The notes under the pieces are model-generated. The model saw only the letters and a list, made by a program, of their open reading frames with translations. It made no database searches and was not told the origin of the DNA. Made by a program: the position numbers and the translations under genes. 64,000 nucleotides of DNA from Aplysia californica (lineage: Eukaryota). The stretch lies in contig NW_004797445.1 in assembly GCF_000002075.1 (NCBI RefSeq), forward strand, positions 446,507 through 510,506, in the 5' to 3' direction. This document shows positions 46,601-57,009 of the stretch, piece after piece. Positions within the stretch are counted from its first letter, which is position 1. Each line of letters starts with the position of its first letter.

Positions 46601-49600
46601 AGACGGAAACACATAGATAGATCATAATTACGTACAAATGAGAGATCAGAGCGCCTTGTCGTTTCTGTGCAAGAAAAGTGAATAATTTTTTCACTGTGAA
46701 TGTGAAAAACATGAGTTTTTCCTTTTTCTTGTGTCATTGACAATGTGAGGAATTTGGACCTCGATTTGTTTACCTGATTGCTCGACTGAATAAACTTAAG
46801 TTCAGTTTATGCTTCAATGTTCGTTTGGTTTCAACAGGCTGCATCCCCAGTGAAAAAACTGGAAGTCTTGATGTAGATGGACTGCCCCATGTTGGAGCCA
46901 AGCTTACAGATGGAACCCCTTACTACTGGTACAGATTCCTTTGTCACCTTTTCTGAAACAATTCTTCAGTTATTGAAATTTCTTTTTAGCCTCAAAATCA
47001 TTTAACTAAAGCAGATAAGCATTTCACTGTGTCACTGTTATGCAGTGCTCAGTAAATTAGGGGTATGCTTTTAGTGCGACCATATGCAGATTGCAAGCTT
47101 TTGTATGTTGTAGTTTTTTTTATGCAATAGCTACTTGGATTGTAGTAAGTTGTATGCATTATGTGTTCTTTGACATGGATGCTGTACTTGCTTAGTAAAA
47201 TCACATTGTATGGTAATCTGTGAAATGAAAGTAAAGATGTATATTTTGTGCGAAATTCCATGTTTTCCATACTTTAAGGTTTCGTAGTGTTTGAATGTAA
47301 AATGAAATGATGCTATATTTAGCCAACTTTTGTGACAGTTTCGCAAGGCAAAGTAAAGTAAAGTTCCCTATTGTGGAATGATTGATCTAATAGGCTACAT
47401 CCAAGGCCACAGTGTGGTTACTGCTGTCTTACAGGAACAGGGAACAGCAGGTTATGATCATCACGATGCGTGAAGACGTTGAGGGTTATACTTTACTTTT
47501 ATCACCTCCTAAACACTTGCAACTTGCAGCTGTTGGTGATATTGTTTTCACCGTCTGTTTTCAGCTTCAAGAATATCCACACAGGAGAGTACAGGACAGT
47601 GAACTACCGAGGTCTGGAGGATGCCACAGTCGAGCAGATCAAAGTTCTAGGCGATGACCTGGGCACTGGGGAACTCAACTGTGTCTGCTTTGTGTTGAGA
47701 GTGGCGGTAAGTGTGTCAAGTCAAGTCATTATAACAGTGGTTGTTATACTCAAACGGTGTGAGTGGCAAGAAGTAGGTCTACTCCTTTTTTATTGTAAAG
47801 TCTTTGCTAAGGTCAGTCTTGGGTCCTCAAAAAAAAAAAAATCGCCATGCTCTATCAACTCATTTGAGTTTGATCTATTTTTAGTCAAACAGACATGAGT
47901 TTTTATCCACTTCCAAAGTGACAGGTATTTGCTTCACTTCAAAGAGCTCTATTGCAATGCTGAGGAGACTCTGGCTAAAAAAGAATCTCATAAAACTTCA
48001 CCAAACTTGCAATAAAATGAATGAAGTGTTTTAAATGCTGGTTCGCCATTTCTTGTAGCTTGTACCCGAATAACACTAGAGATATTGATTGACAATGCTC
48101 TTTCCAGAAGTACATAGGATTTGGCTACTGGATGTGCAGTGGATCACATGTATTCTCTCAAAATTTATAAAGGGAAAATTTGTTTGCATGCTGAAAAATT
48201 GTAAAGAAAGCTGTCTCAAAGTTAGAGCATAACACCATTGATATATAATTTCACGTTTTTAAACATATAAAAAAAACTGTTGTCAGGATCATGTTTTCAC
48301 TTCAGTGCTTATTTGTGGTTGTGAGATCAAATATCTTGTTATTGTGAATACGAATTACTTTGCTCCATCTGAAGTGGTGATCTTTATTTTGTAGGGGTAT
48401 TGTTGAAGTTGTCGACTCTTGTCATGTGAGTAACATTTGTGATCTATTTTACCTCATAATTTTAATAAAAGATACAGCTTTATGACCATTGTGCTTTGCA
48501 TTTGGAGCTGAACATTCTACCTCCAAAAGTTAGGGGTCTTGAGCTCTCATGCATTCATTGCCTATGTCTAGCCAAAACACTGGACATACAGTTGCAACAC
48601 ATGCCAGGGAGGTGGTATTTACTTTTCTGCAGTCAGAATTCAGATGTATAATTCTGAGAATAGGAAAAGCGCATTGTTATCCTAAGAGCATGACAAATAT
48701 TCTGATAGCACTTCTCTGTGCTGGTTCACACGTTGATGACATGATGTTGTAATTTTGGAGTTCTCTTTTTCTCATTTTTCTCACAATCAACCTGTATAGT
48801 TCCTTTTAGTTGTATGGTGAGCTTTTGTTTCTTGTTCTTCAGAGAAACCCAACTATTGGAGATAAATTTTCCAGCAGACATGGACAGAAAGGAATCTGCA
48901 GGTAAATTCTTAATCTTCAGCTTTAGAGGCCATGACACGCTTCATATTTCTGTTGTATCGAGAGGATGTGTTAAAAAGAATGATGAGGTGTGCTTGGTGA
49001 TTTTTATTCTTTTCGATTTGAAGGGTTCCTTTTGTACAGTGTTCTTTCCTTAATTAAGCCTGATTTTGATGCACACATATTTTTGTATGGGCTTCTTTTT
49101 TGTCATGTGAAATAGCTTTTTGCTAATAGAAGTATTAAATAGGCAATGAAAAACAAAGGAGATATTGTTTATTTACAAGTCAAGCAGTGCATAGATGTAA
49201 CCATAGTTGCTAAGGTGTGTTCTGGAACTTTTAAAAAAAAGTAAAGAGGTATTAGAAGCTAAATTTACACAACCTTTTTAAAAAAAATTCAATTTCCTGT
49301 GATTATTTCTTACTTTTTGTCCATTCTTGCAGTATGTTGTGGCCAGCGGTGGACATGCCTTTCACAGAAAGTGGCATGGTTCCAGACATCATATTCAACC
49401 CTCACGGTTTCCCATCTCGTATGACCATTGGTATGTTTGATGAAATTTTAAAGTTCCATATGTGTTTCTAATAGCGACTTGTATAAAGCAGGAAGATTGA
49501 AGATGAATAAAGCTGATTTGGATGAAACACGGAAGGGGGAATGTCTATTGTTTTTGCTTCACAGAATGGAAAAAAAATTCATGAATGTTGTCTTATTCAT

Positions 49601-52576
49601 CTTCGAGGTCTGGGCCTGGGGCTTATGTTTTGGGTTTTGTAAATACCATTCAACATTGGATGTGACTTTCCTCATCAAGAAGCAGGGGACAGGGATTCTA
49701 GAGGGCATTAACTTTTGGATAAAAAAAAAAAAGACTTTATGAACCCGTCTCTTTTTACCCCATTGGAAATTTGAAGTTGGTAAACAAGGAATATGTAGGC
49801 TAAGTTTGAATTGACAATAAGATTTAACAAAATCGCTAATCTATTTTTCCTCCTTCAGGAATGATGATTGAGAGTATGGCAGGCAAAGCTGGAGCCTTGC
49901 ATGGTCTGAACCTGGATGCCACACCCTTCACCTTTTCAGAGAACCAGCCTGCCGTGGACTACTTTGGCCAGATGCTTACTGCTGGTAAGGGATTCAACCC
50001 TGGCTCTTAATCTTTCTGTGATGAGCTGCATGGAATTTTATACAGATTGAAAAATGTTGACTTGAGCCATGATATAGCAGTATAGTTGTGAAATCATTAC
50101 TTTTATTTTTCTTGGCTGACAGATTGTGCTGCATTGTGATACAAGGTGGCCATCTAATATGTAAATGTTTATAGTGAAGCTTTCTTTTGACATGCCTGTG
50201 GCAAAATTTTTGTATTCATTAGCTTTTGATTAATGTTTATATCAATAATAGTAGTCGTGTGTTTGGTTAATGAAAGATGAAAGTAGGTTTTCTGTTATAG
50301 TCTCTTATAATGGTGGCCCATATCATGTGGCTCCTTGGTTCAGGATATCAGTTGCAGTTAGGATAAAGAAGATGATTTGTTTGTCCTCTACTGTTTCATA
50401 TTGTTTCTTCATGGGTTACATCATGTAACCCTTCACTGCTATGTTTTTTCTTTCACTGCGGCATTGGTCCTGGCTTAACCCTTCCATTTGCTATGATTTT
50501 CTTCCGACTGTTTCCAGGTCTCAAATAATACTCAGTTGAGGTCATATCCCTCATAGCTGATAATGCATCATGGAATAATGTTTGTGAGCCTTGACATGTC
50601 TTGAGGACAACAGCTCATGTTGTGAAAGGAGGGACCTTGTATTAAATATGTTTGAATCTTCTGATGAAAGCTGATGGCAATGTTCAAATTTAGAGACAGA
50701 AATAGCACAGGTTTATAAAGGAAAAAGTTTTGTTCATGAAAGTACTGTCATTTTTTTGTCAGGTGGGTACAACTACTTTGGCACCGAGCGCATGTACAGT
50801 GGGATCACAGGCCAGGAGATGGAGGCAGATATCTATTTTGGCATTGTTTACTATCAGCGCCTGCGACACATGGTGTCAGACAAATTCCAGGTAACTTTGT
50901 AGCTGAACTCTTCACTGCCTCTGAGCAGTGCATCATGCATCATATATTGGATTGATTTTTCCTTTCTGACCTATTAAGACACCTCGCCTGTCATGGCAGC
51001 AAGGTTAAAAGGGATACTATGTCTCAGTAGAAAGATCAAGATAATAATAATAATAATACAATATTACATTTGTATAGCACATTTCCAGTAGGAAAGTGCT
51101 CAATGAATATTGATGTGTGTGTTAAACATGATTAGATGCAGAGAATTGCACTTTGCTGTATTGTGTCAGAAATGCTTATTTCAGGACCCAGACTAGAGTA
51201 ATTTGCTCCTTATTGATGGTATGTCTACTGTTTAATAAATTGCATGCAGAAAGAAATTGTATCATCTGCAGCTTAGTTATGCATATTGATTTTTGGTAGT
51301 GAACTTTGTTGTTTTCCTTTTTCCTTTTAAAAAAACAAACTTAGTTCAAATTATGTATTGATGGTGGGTATGCACTTATTTTTTAAGGTTCGAACGACTG
51401 GCCCTGTTGATCAAGTTACTCATCAGCCAGTCAAAGGTCGCAAAAGAGCTGGTGGAGTTCGTTTTGGAGAGATGGAAAGGGATGCCCTCATTTCTCATGG
51501 CACAAGTTTCTTACTGCAGGACAGATTGTTCAATTGCTCTGACAAATCAAAGGTATTTCTTTCTGACTTTTTCAATTTTGCCTATGCTGTATAACTCAGT
51601 TGCTTAAAATTTTAACTTTCCAGTTTGAATGACATCGGCATGTCATCTGTAACGTTAGTTTGTGTGTCAATCACTGATACCGAAAGTTACTTTTGGGGCT
51701 GAACTTTCCTCAGGAGGCATGCTCTTGTTTTTAAAAAATTTTTTAAAATGAGTGTTGTCATTTCCAAATACCTTTTTTAAAAATGTGTGTGTGGTCAATT
51801 TATTTTCTTTCTTTTTCTTATTCTTTCGTGTTTAAGATTGTGAATGTAGTTCGGCATAGTAATGGCTTATTTATATAGGTCTGAATTTATTTAAGTGTAT
51901 GCACAACACAGGGATGCCATTTCTCAGTTATTTCCTTTTTTCTCCATTGTTTTGGGCATCGTCTGTTCTTAAAATACTTATATCCATTTTCTGTTCATCG
52001 GATCCGTTCTCCGTTAACCATACAAAAATGGTTGTGCAGGAAGCCGATGTTCCATATATGAAGTGGCACGAGGATCCATTTTTTAAATCAAAGGAAGTAC
52101 ACTGTTGAGCTGATATGATGTTGTTTTGTTGCATTTATTACTTCGTCGCATGCTAAATCTAGTCTAAAAAAATGTTCAGTCATTTTTACAAAAGTCCAGT
52201 GGCATCCTTGACTACAGCACTGCTTGAGTATTGTTTGCGTTTTTAAAAATTCAACAAGATAATAAACCGAGCAATAAATTTTTGCTGTAGAGTTCAGTAC
52301 GGAGGGAGTGTGTGCGACTTTGACTCTTTTTATTTCTTTTTTCAGGCTTCAGTCTGCGGCAGATGTCACACAGTACTCTCTCCCCTGTTAGTCCAGCAAG
52401 CAGAAGAAGGAGGGGGCAATACCAAGTTTAAACATCAGATCATCTGCCAGCATTGTCAGCAGCGAGATGATATCCATCAGATCTCTGTGCCGTATGTGTT
52501 CCGCTACCTCGCCGCTGAGCTGGCCAGTGTTGGTGTTAAAATCAACTTGGATATCAAGTCTGAAATATCCGCATGA
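20252..52576 (+). CDS. POLR1B: DNA-directed RNA polymerase I subunit RPA2 (second-largest subunit), 31 coding exons, 1134 aa
   Basis: All-GT-AG, phase-consistent exons: 20252-20302, 27967-28044, 28923-29000, 29792-29866, 30862-30981, 31415-31480, 31829-31903, 32422-32520, 32862-32957, 33885-33961, 34643-34789, 35267-35320, 36193-36310, 36916-37000, 37840-37946, 38421-38556, 40223-40296, 41130-41336, 41801-41998, 42680-42787, 44169-44345, 45253-45336, 45966-46020, 46838-46928, 47565-47706, 48843-48901, 49333-49430, 49859-49984, 50763-50890, 51388-51552, 52346-52576 (3405 nt). Motifs: [46 protein letters not shown], Pol I-type [54 protein letters not shown]-terminal CGRC..CQHC zinc site. Exon 1 is the least certain. 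Confidence 0.97.
20519..20730 (+). mobile_element. tRNA-derived SINE head with CORE-like segment, interrupted by a 113-bp MITE (20534-20646)
   Basis: A-box-like gcttagtggtta, B-box-like ggttcgagcc, then gtgtctttgggaaaggcactt. The insert has TIR cggggtgcccact/agtgggcaccccg. A related head occurs near 55088-55160. Confidence 0.6.
21317..21812. mobile_element. P-superfamily-like MITE, copy 2
   Basis: TIR caaagatagtgtataacaagatgggccac/gtggcccctcttgttatgtagactctttg; 7-bp TSD acggtat/actgtat. Confidence 0.85.
21900..21985 (+). mobile_element. Retroposon 3'-tail family C (L2/CR1-like end with (TAT)n tail)
   Basis: cgcatagagcctgctgttgagc...gcgctata...ctattattatta, shared with 30254-30330 and 46341-46426. 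Confidence 0.7.
21986..23512 (+). mobile_element. MULE-like element with asymmetric termini, copy 1
   Basis: Starts cgaagtgactatttctccgaa, ends ttcggagaaatagtgccggcc; 3.5 tandem 37-bp units at 23381-23508; 9-bp flanks ttattatta on both sides (within a TAT tract). Confidence 0.7.
23788..24713 (+). mobile_element. MULE-like element with asymmetric termini, copy 2
   Basis: Starts ggaagtgactatttctccgaa, ends ttcggagaaatagagctggtc; 9-bp flanks tttaatttt/tataatttt; first about 160 bp homologous to copy 1. Confidence 0.7.
25685..25891 (-). mobile_element. tRNA-headed SINE family B, 5' portion
   Basis: Minus-strand ggggctctcatgacctagaggttaagg...ccaggatcgaatc, collinear with 8764-8869. Confidence 0.65.
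27250..27720 (+). mobile_element. Heavily decayed Tc1/mariner-like transposase relic
   Basis: Fragmentary translations RSGCP and [16 protein letters not shown] resemble the RSGRP and W..W.KVLFSDE regions of Tc1 transposases. Many stops, no TIRs. Confidence 0.35.
29092..29266 (+). mobile_element. Retroposon 3'-tail family A copy
   Basis: Homologous to 5983-6158 (reverse complement). Confidence 0.8.
29654..29708 (+). mobile_element. 55-bp 5'-truncated non-LTR retroelement end with (AAAGT)n tail
   Basis: Perfect 14-bp TSD atgatagtgtagtt (29640-29653, 29709-29722). Confidence 0.8.
30254..30330 (+). mobile_element. Retroposon 3'-tail family C copy
   Basis: atagtgtaaagcgcatagaccttgctgttgagcgggg...ttattattac. 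Confidence 0.7.
33141..33264. mobile_element. Small piggyBac-type MITE
   Basis: TTAA|cactttgcc...ggcaaagtg|TTAA. Confidence 0.7.
38958..39645 (+). mobile_element. Non-autonomous piggyBac element in POLR1B intron 16
   Basis: TTAA TSD, TIR ctcacccactacc/ggcagtgggtgag; internal acidic remnant [27 protein letters not shown] resembling a transposase N-terminus. Confidence 0.85.
42959..43092 (+). mobile_element. Retroposon 3'-tail family A copy
   Basis: Homologous to 29092-29240. Confidence 0.75.
46341..46426 (+). mobile_element. Retroposon 3'-tail family C copy
   Basis: atagtgtaaagcgcatagagcctgctgttgagcggggatatgcgctatacaaatgctatc(tat)n. Confidence 0.75.
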
Positions 52577-52920
52577 AGATGCTTGTGATTTTGTTGTGAA
52601 TGTGTTACCTTGTGTTAGATTGACAATGTGTTATGCTGTGTAAAATTACAATTCATGTGAAAATGTTTTTATCTGGGAGGGATGAATGAAGGGATGGTTG
52701 ATTCCATTTTGCAAGGTGAGGGCTGTGAATGGTTATTGGAAAGAAAGTATGAATGGGAGAAAACTGAATGTACTTGTTATCTTTTGTGGAGAAGCCTAAG
52801 TCTTTCTGAGCTCAAGTTTTTTTGGGCATTAATTTGTCTTATGGGTGACTTCACAGAGTTTTGAGTAATGATGTAAATTCTATGCTGTAATTTGTACAAC
52901 CCTGTAAATTAAGAAACAAC

Positions 52921-52926
52921 ATTAAA
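52921..52926 (+). terminator. Candidate POLR1B polyadenylation signal (ATTAAA)
   Basis: 345 nt after the stop, followed by a T/GT-rich tract. An alternative AATAAA lies near 56104. Confidence 0.5.
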
Positions 52927-53421
52927 TTTGCAATTTGTTTTTATATTGAAGTTAGTCATCAAGTCACAAGTTTCAGTAGTTGTGATTATTTAAGTTAACC
53001 TGTTCCTTGCCATGTTGATGTATGCTGTACATCCTGTGGACAGGGAGCTCTGTGCTGGACATCAGATGTAGTTTTGATTCCCTGAATATTGCTGGGAAAT
53101 GAAACTTGAATACTAAGAGTGATATCCATTAAAAGCTACTCTTGTTTTAGTGTCAATGTCTGTCTAATTTTGGCATGTAACAATATCAGTCATGTTGATG
53201 TGTGAATTTGAATGAAATTCCTAAAAATGGCTCATATTTGAAAATTACCTGAATTGAATATAGATTTCTGTTTTTTCATTTGTTTTTTGATATAAGAAGG
53301 GCTCAAGGAGTACGCTCAGAGATGTCAGGTTTGTGCCAATCTCTGATACTTGAAAATTAAGCTTTAACACTTTTATTCCAAAAAGGGATATAGAGAAAAA
53401 ATCTTTGCCTCCATCTGGTCC

Positions 53422-53540
53422 TTGTTTGTTTGAGTAAAGAGAAGAACATCGACACAATAATGGTAATTTAGTGGTGGGAAAAAGTAAGACAGACAGAAAC
53501 AATAGAGGGACAGTAAAGAAGTAGGACCTACCAGTGGCAC
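53422..53540. repeat. Dispersed about 120-bp repeat, inverted partner at 57483-57600
   Basis: tgtttgtttgagtaaagagaagaacatcgaca...ggacctaccagtgg matches the reverse complement of 57483-57600. Confidence 0.8.
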
Positions 53541-56231
53541 CCTCCAACCACCCACGCATAGTTCTTGGTGAATTTGAAAGGATCTGGGTTTAGAAAAGGA
53601 ATCTCGTGCAGTAGCATTGGTCATATGTCTGTTGCAGGCAAATTATGTCATACTGTGTACATTTACAAACAAATAGCATTTCCGTTTAGTTTTTTGTACT
53701 TACACACCATCTTCTTTCCAAAGGAAATAATCAACTGGTTCCTCCCTTCTTTTAATGCTACTCACCTCTTTCTTATGTCACAAGGAGACAGCACTGGCTC
53801 ATTGCCCACCTACCTCTTGTTCTTCTTCGTATTTACACTCGGGGGACCTTGTGTCGTGGTTTGATGGTGAGTGCACTGAGGGGTGGAAGCAGCCAGGCTG
53901 TGAACAATAGGAGCCCACATTTGTTTGTTTAGGTGTACATTGGTCATATGTCTCCACTCTTGTTTTGGCTGCCCAGACTTACGCTTGACCATGAGTGAGG
54001 GGGGTGGGTTGACCACCATTGGTTGTGTTAACAGTACAGGAGCCTTTTTTCTCTTTTTGCCCAGAATGATATAATATAGCTGGCCCTCCCTTCCTTCCTC
54101 GTTTACCTGGGCTTAACTTAGGGGGTACATCGAAAGTGTAAACACTGTTTCTGCCTGTCAGTTGAAAGAGTTTTAACATGGCGGAACTGTTGGAAAGGAG
54201 GACAACGGAGAACATTTTTTCGTCATTGGCAGGTTTTGACCCATGGGAAATGACTTGAGAGGTGAACACCATACTTCTTAGATTCTTAACCACAAGAACT
54301 CCCTGCAGCCTTCTTTCACAGTGGGTTTCAGGGGTTTGAGTCTGATGGTGCGCTGCTTTCCCTCTAGCTTTGACGTGACTCTGAAGTGTCAAAAGGACCA
54401 CTCCAGCTTTCTTTGTGTTTGAAAAAGATCTCATACAGAGGTTAACTAGGAATGAGACAGGAGACAAGGTAGTTTGAACTGACATTATTTTAACATATTC
54501 AGATGTATGGCCTGTGTCATCTCAGCTACCTGTCAGGGCAAGGGTCTCTGGCGAGCTACCTTGACTGCTCCAGCCAGCCAGACAGGTATTTTAACTCTGG
54601 CCTTCTGGCTCACCACTGCTATGTCTGTCACATTTCATGTTACAGTGTGAGTGACCTCTGGTTAGAAAAGAGATTTTAGCTTTCTGGTGCACAACAAAAT
54701 GGTGAAGAACCCAGATTGCTTTCCAGTTTTTTTTCTGTCCTGCGCATGTGTCACAGAATGGTCGTGAGTGGATCACATCAGCCTGCAGAAAGCAGAAAAT
54801 AGTAGAATGACGTGCTTGCCACATTGTCGCCACCTGTTTTTCTGACTATCTCATCGAGCTTACATTAAAAACAAAAATTTAGGGCCCGCTTTTTCCAACG
54901 CAAGGTTCATACTGTTTTGGTGGTCTTTGCTTGAAGCGCATTGAAGTTGAAGGTCCATCAGGTACTGTCTCTCTTCCTCAGAAGCCTACCTCCTAAATGA
55001 TCTAAATTGTGTTGAGGGCGTAAAACGTCTACATTTAAAAAATGTTTATCAAACTTCCTCCCTTTCTCAATGTATCTATATCTTGAGAGCCTAGTAGTAG
55101 TTAGGCTACTGGACCCATAATCATTAGATTGCGAGTTCAGGGGTTCGAGCCTCAGCTCAGTCTGACATGAATTTTTTATTTGGTTCGTTCCTTTCAGAGG
55201 TTCCTCCTCTTAAATAACTTAATATTAATAATGTTGATAGGGGTGTTAAACCTATGTTATTTCACCATTTGTAACTTCAAGATACTGCATAGCTTCTGCC
55301 ATTTTATTATCTTTGCAGTTGTCACATGACGTAAAGATTGTCACTGATTTGTTTCAGGGGGAGGTATTACAGAACAATTTCTTGACATTACTGGTTTTCT
55401 GTGACAACTCAACTTCCACTGTGGGCTATATTTTCTTACTCTCAGAGTAGAGAGACTTACAGTGCTGGTTTTTCCACTTAATTTGGAAGGGATTAAAGCA
55501 GATCCAGCCAGGTGTAAGGCACGGACAATAAACCAGAAAAGAGAAATACTGAGATCTCCTGTTTTTCCCTCCTGCCCTTCATATGATGCATGCATTTATT
55601 TGGGTATCTCCTATTCTTTCTGGGCAAGAAATTTAATGCGACATGACAGATTATTTATATAGTTAACAGATGGCAAGGAATTGATTATGATCCCTTGAAT
55701 TCTAGAATGTCTTTGTTTCATACTACTACAACTGAACCACAGTGGGCCATGGTGTTTTTTTTAAAAACTATTAATTAAAATAATTTTTTCTTCAGGCACC
55801 TTGCAAGGTTTTTATATTATTTTTTAAAAAGTGCTTTATCGTTTTGCTTTTTAAGTCTTTTCTTACAACAAAATTCCTGGTGCACTAATTGTTATATTTT
55901 TTTTAGTCAGATGCCTGAAGATGTGATGTCTTGTTTTAATTATAAAACATGTGAAATTAAAAACAACTTTATGATCCATTCTAGCACATGCACTGTATTG
56001 GAGCTGTCATCTATCAGTTTTACTCTTTCATTTGTTTCTGTCATTTTGGTCAGTTACCTTGCTTTTTTCGCTGCTTGCAAGTTATAAATGATCATTAGTT
56101 TGTAAATAAACATTCTTCAGATTTATCTATATTTTTTTGTTTTCGAGTTTGTTGTTTTTGCCTGCATCAGTTGTCCAGAAAATGAAAAGATTAGAATTTA
56201 TGTTACTCCGTTTGCCAGCTCTGTTTAGTAA

Positions 56232-56390
56232 GCGTTTTATGGCTCTTGTAACACAAAAAGGTCATTTAAGTGCCAAAGATTAGAGGTGTTACAAGAGAGT
56301 AACATACCACAAAAGAGATGGGGAGATAAGGACAATAGATGTTTGAAAAGAAAGAAGGAGCAAATCACACCAGAGCACCCGCCAACCACT
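56232..56390 (-). mobile_element. Retroposon 3'-tail family A copy
   Basis: Same orientation as, and homologous to, 5983-6158. Confidence 0.75.
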
Positions 56391-57009
56391 CGCATTTTTG
56401 CCAGTTCATTCCTTGTTGACGAAAGTAAAAGAAAACTAACGAATAATACCATCTTGGGATCATTTTATTTCTTTAAAGAGATACGTATGTGTAAAACATA
56501 TTAAAACAAAGTGGACTTACAGGTTTCATTTCTTTAATACTGCAAGGAAATGTCACAGCCGTTACAAAAAAAAAAAAAAACTTTGAAAGACTTTGATTCA
56601 CACAGCATGCACTCATATATATGTTGCATTTATAGAGGTTCACAGCAGCTGCTTTTAAACTGAGTAGCAGAAAGGGAGATAATATATTCAGGGTTTAACA
56701 AAGAAACTTGTGTAAATTTTTTGTGCTTTATCAGTCATCCAGAGCTCATCGGACTTTCTACTTGTTAGCCAACTTGGCAAGACATCATGGGCACTCACAA
56801 ATAAAATACAAAGGATTGGTAAATGTACGAGCAGTCTGAGCAGTAAGTTGGTACTCAGTTTAAAATATAGCTTGAACAAAATACATATAGATTAAGTTCT
56901 TGCTTAAAATAAAGAGCTTGATATTTAGAAAGTACAAAAATTGTTATGTGCAGTCCCTAACAAAGTGTGAAGTGTAGTCAAATGCACTGCGGTTATGGCA
57001 AGGGATAAA

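Noticed and set aside
48978-50122. Possible intronic C/D snoRNAs (TGATGA...CTGA at about 48980-49063 and 50018-50119)
   Set aside because: Terminal stems are weak or mis-spaced and I see no recognisable rRNA-complementary guide. A snoscan or Infernal search would be needed to revive them.
53979-54485. 168-aa minus-strand ORF
   Set aside because: No recognisable motif and no supporting minus-strand splice structure; the visible splice signals in this block are on the plus strand.
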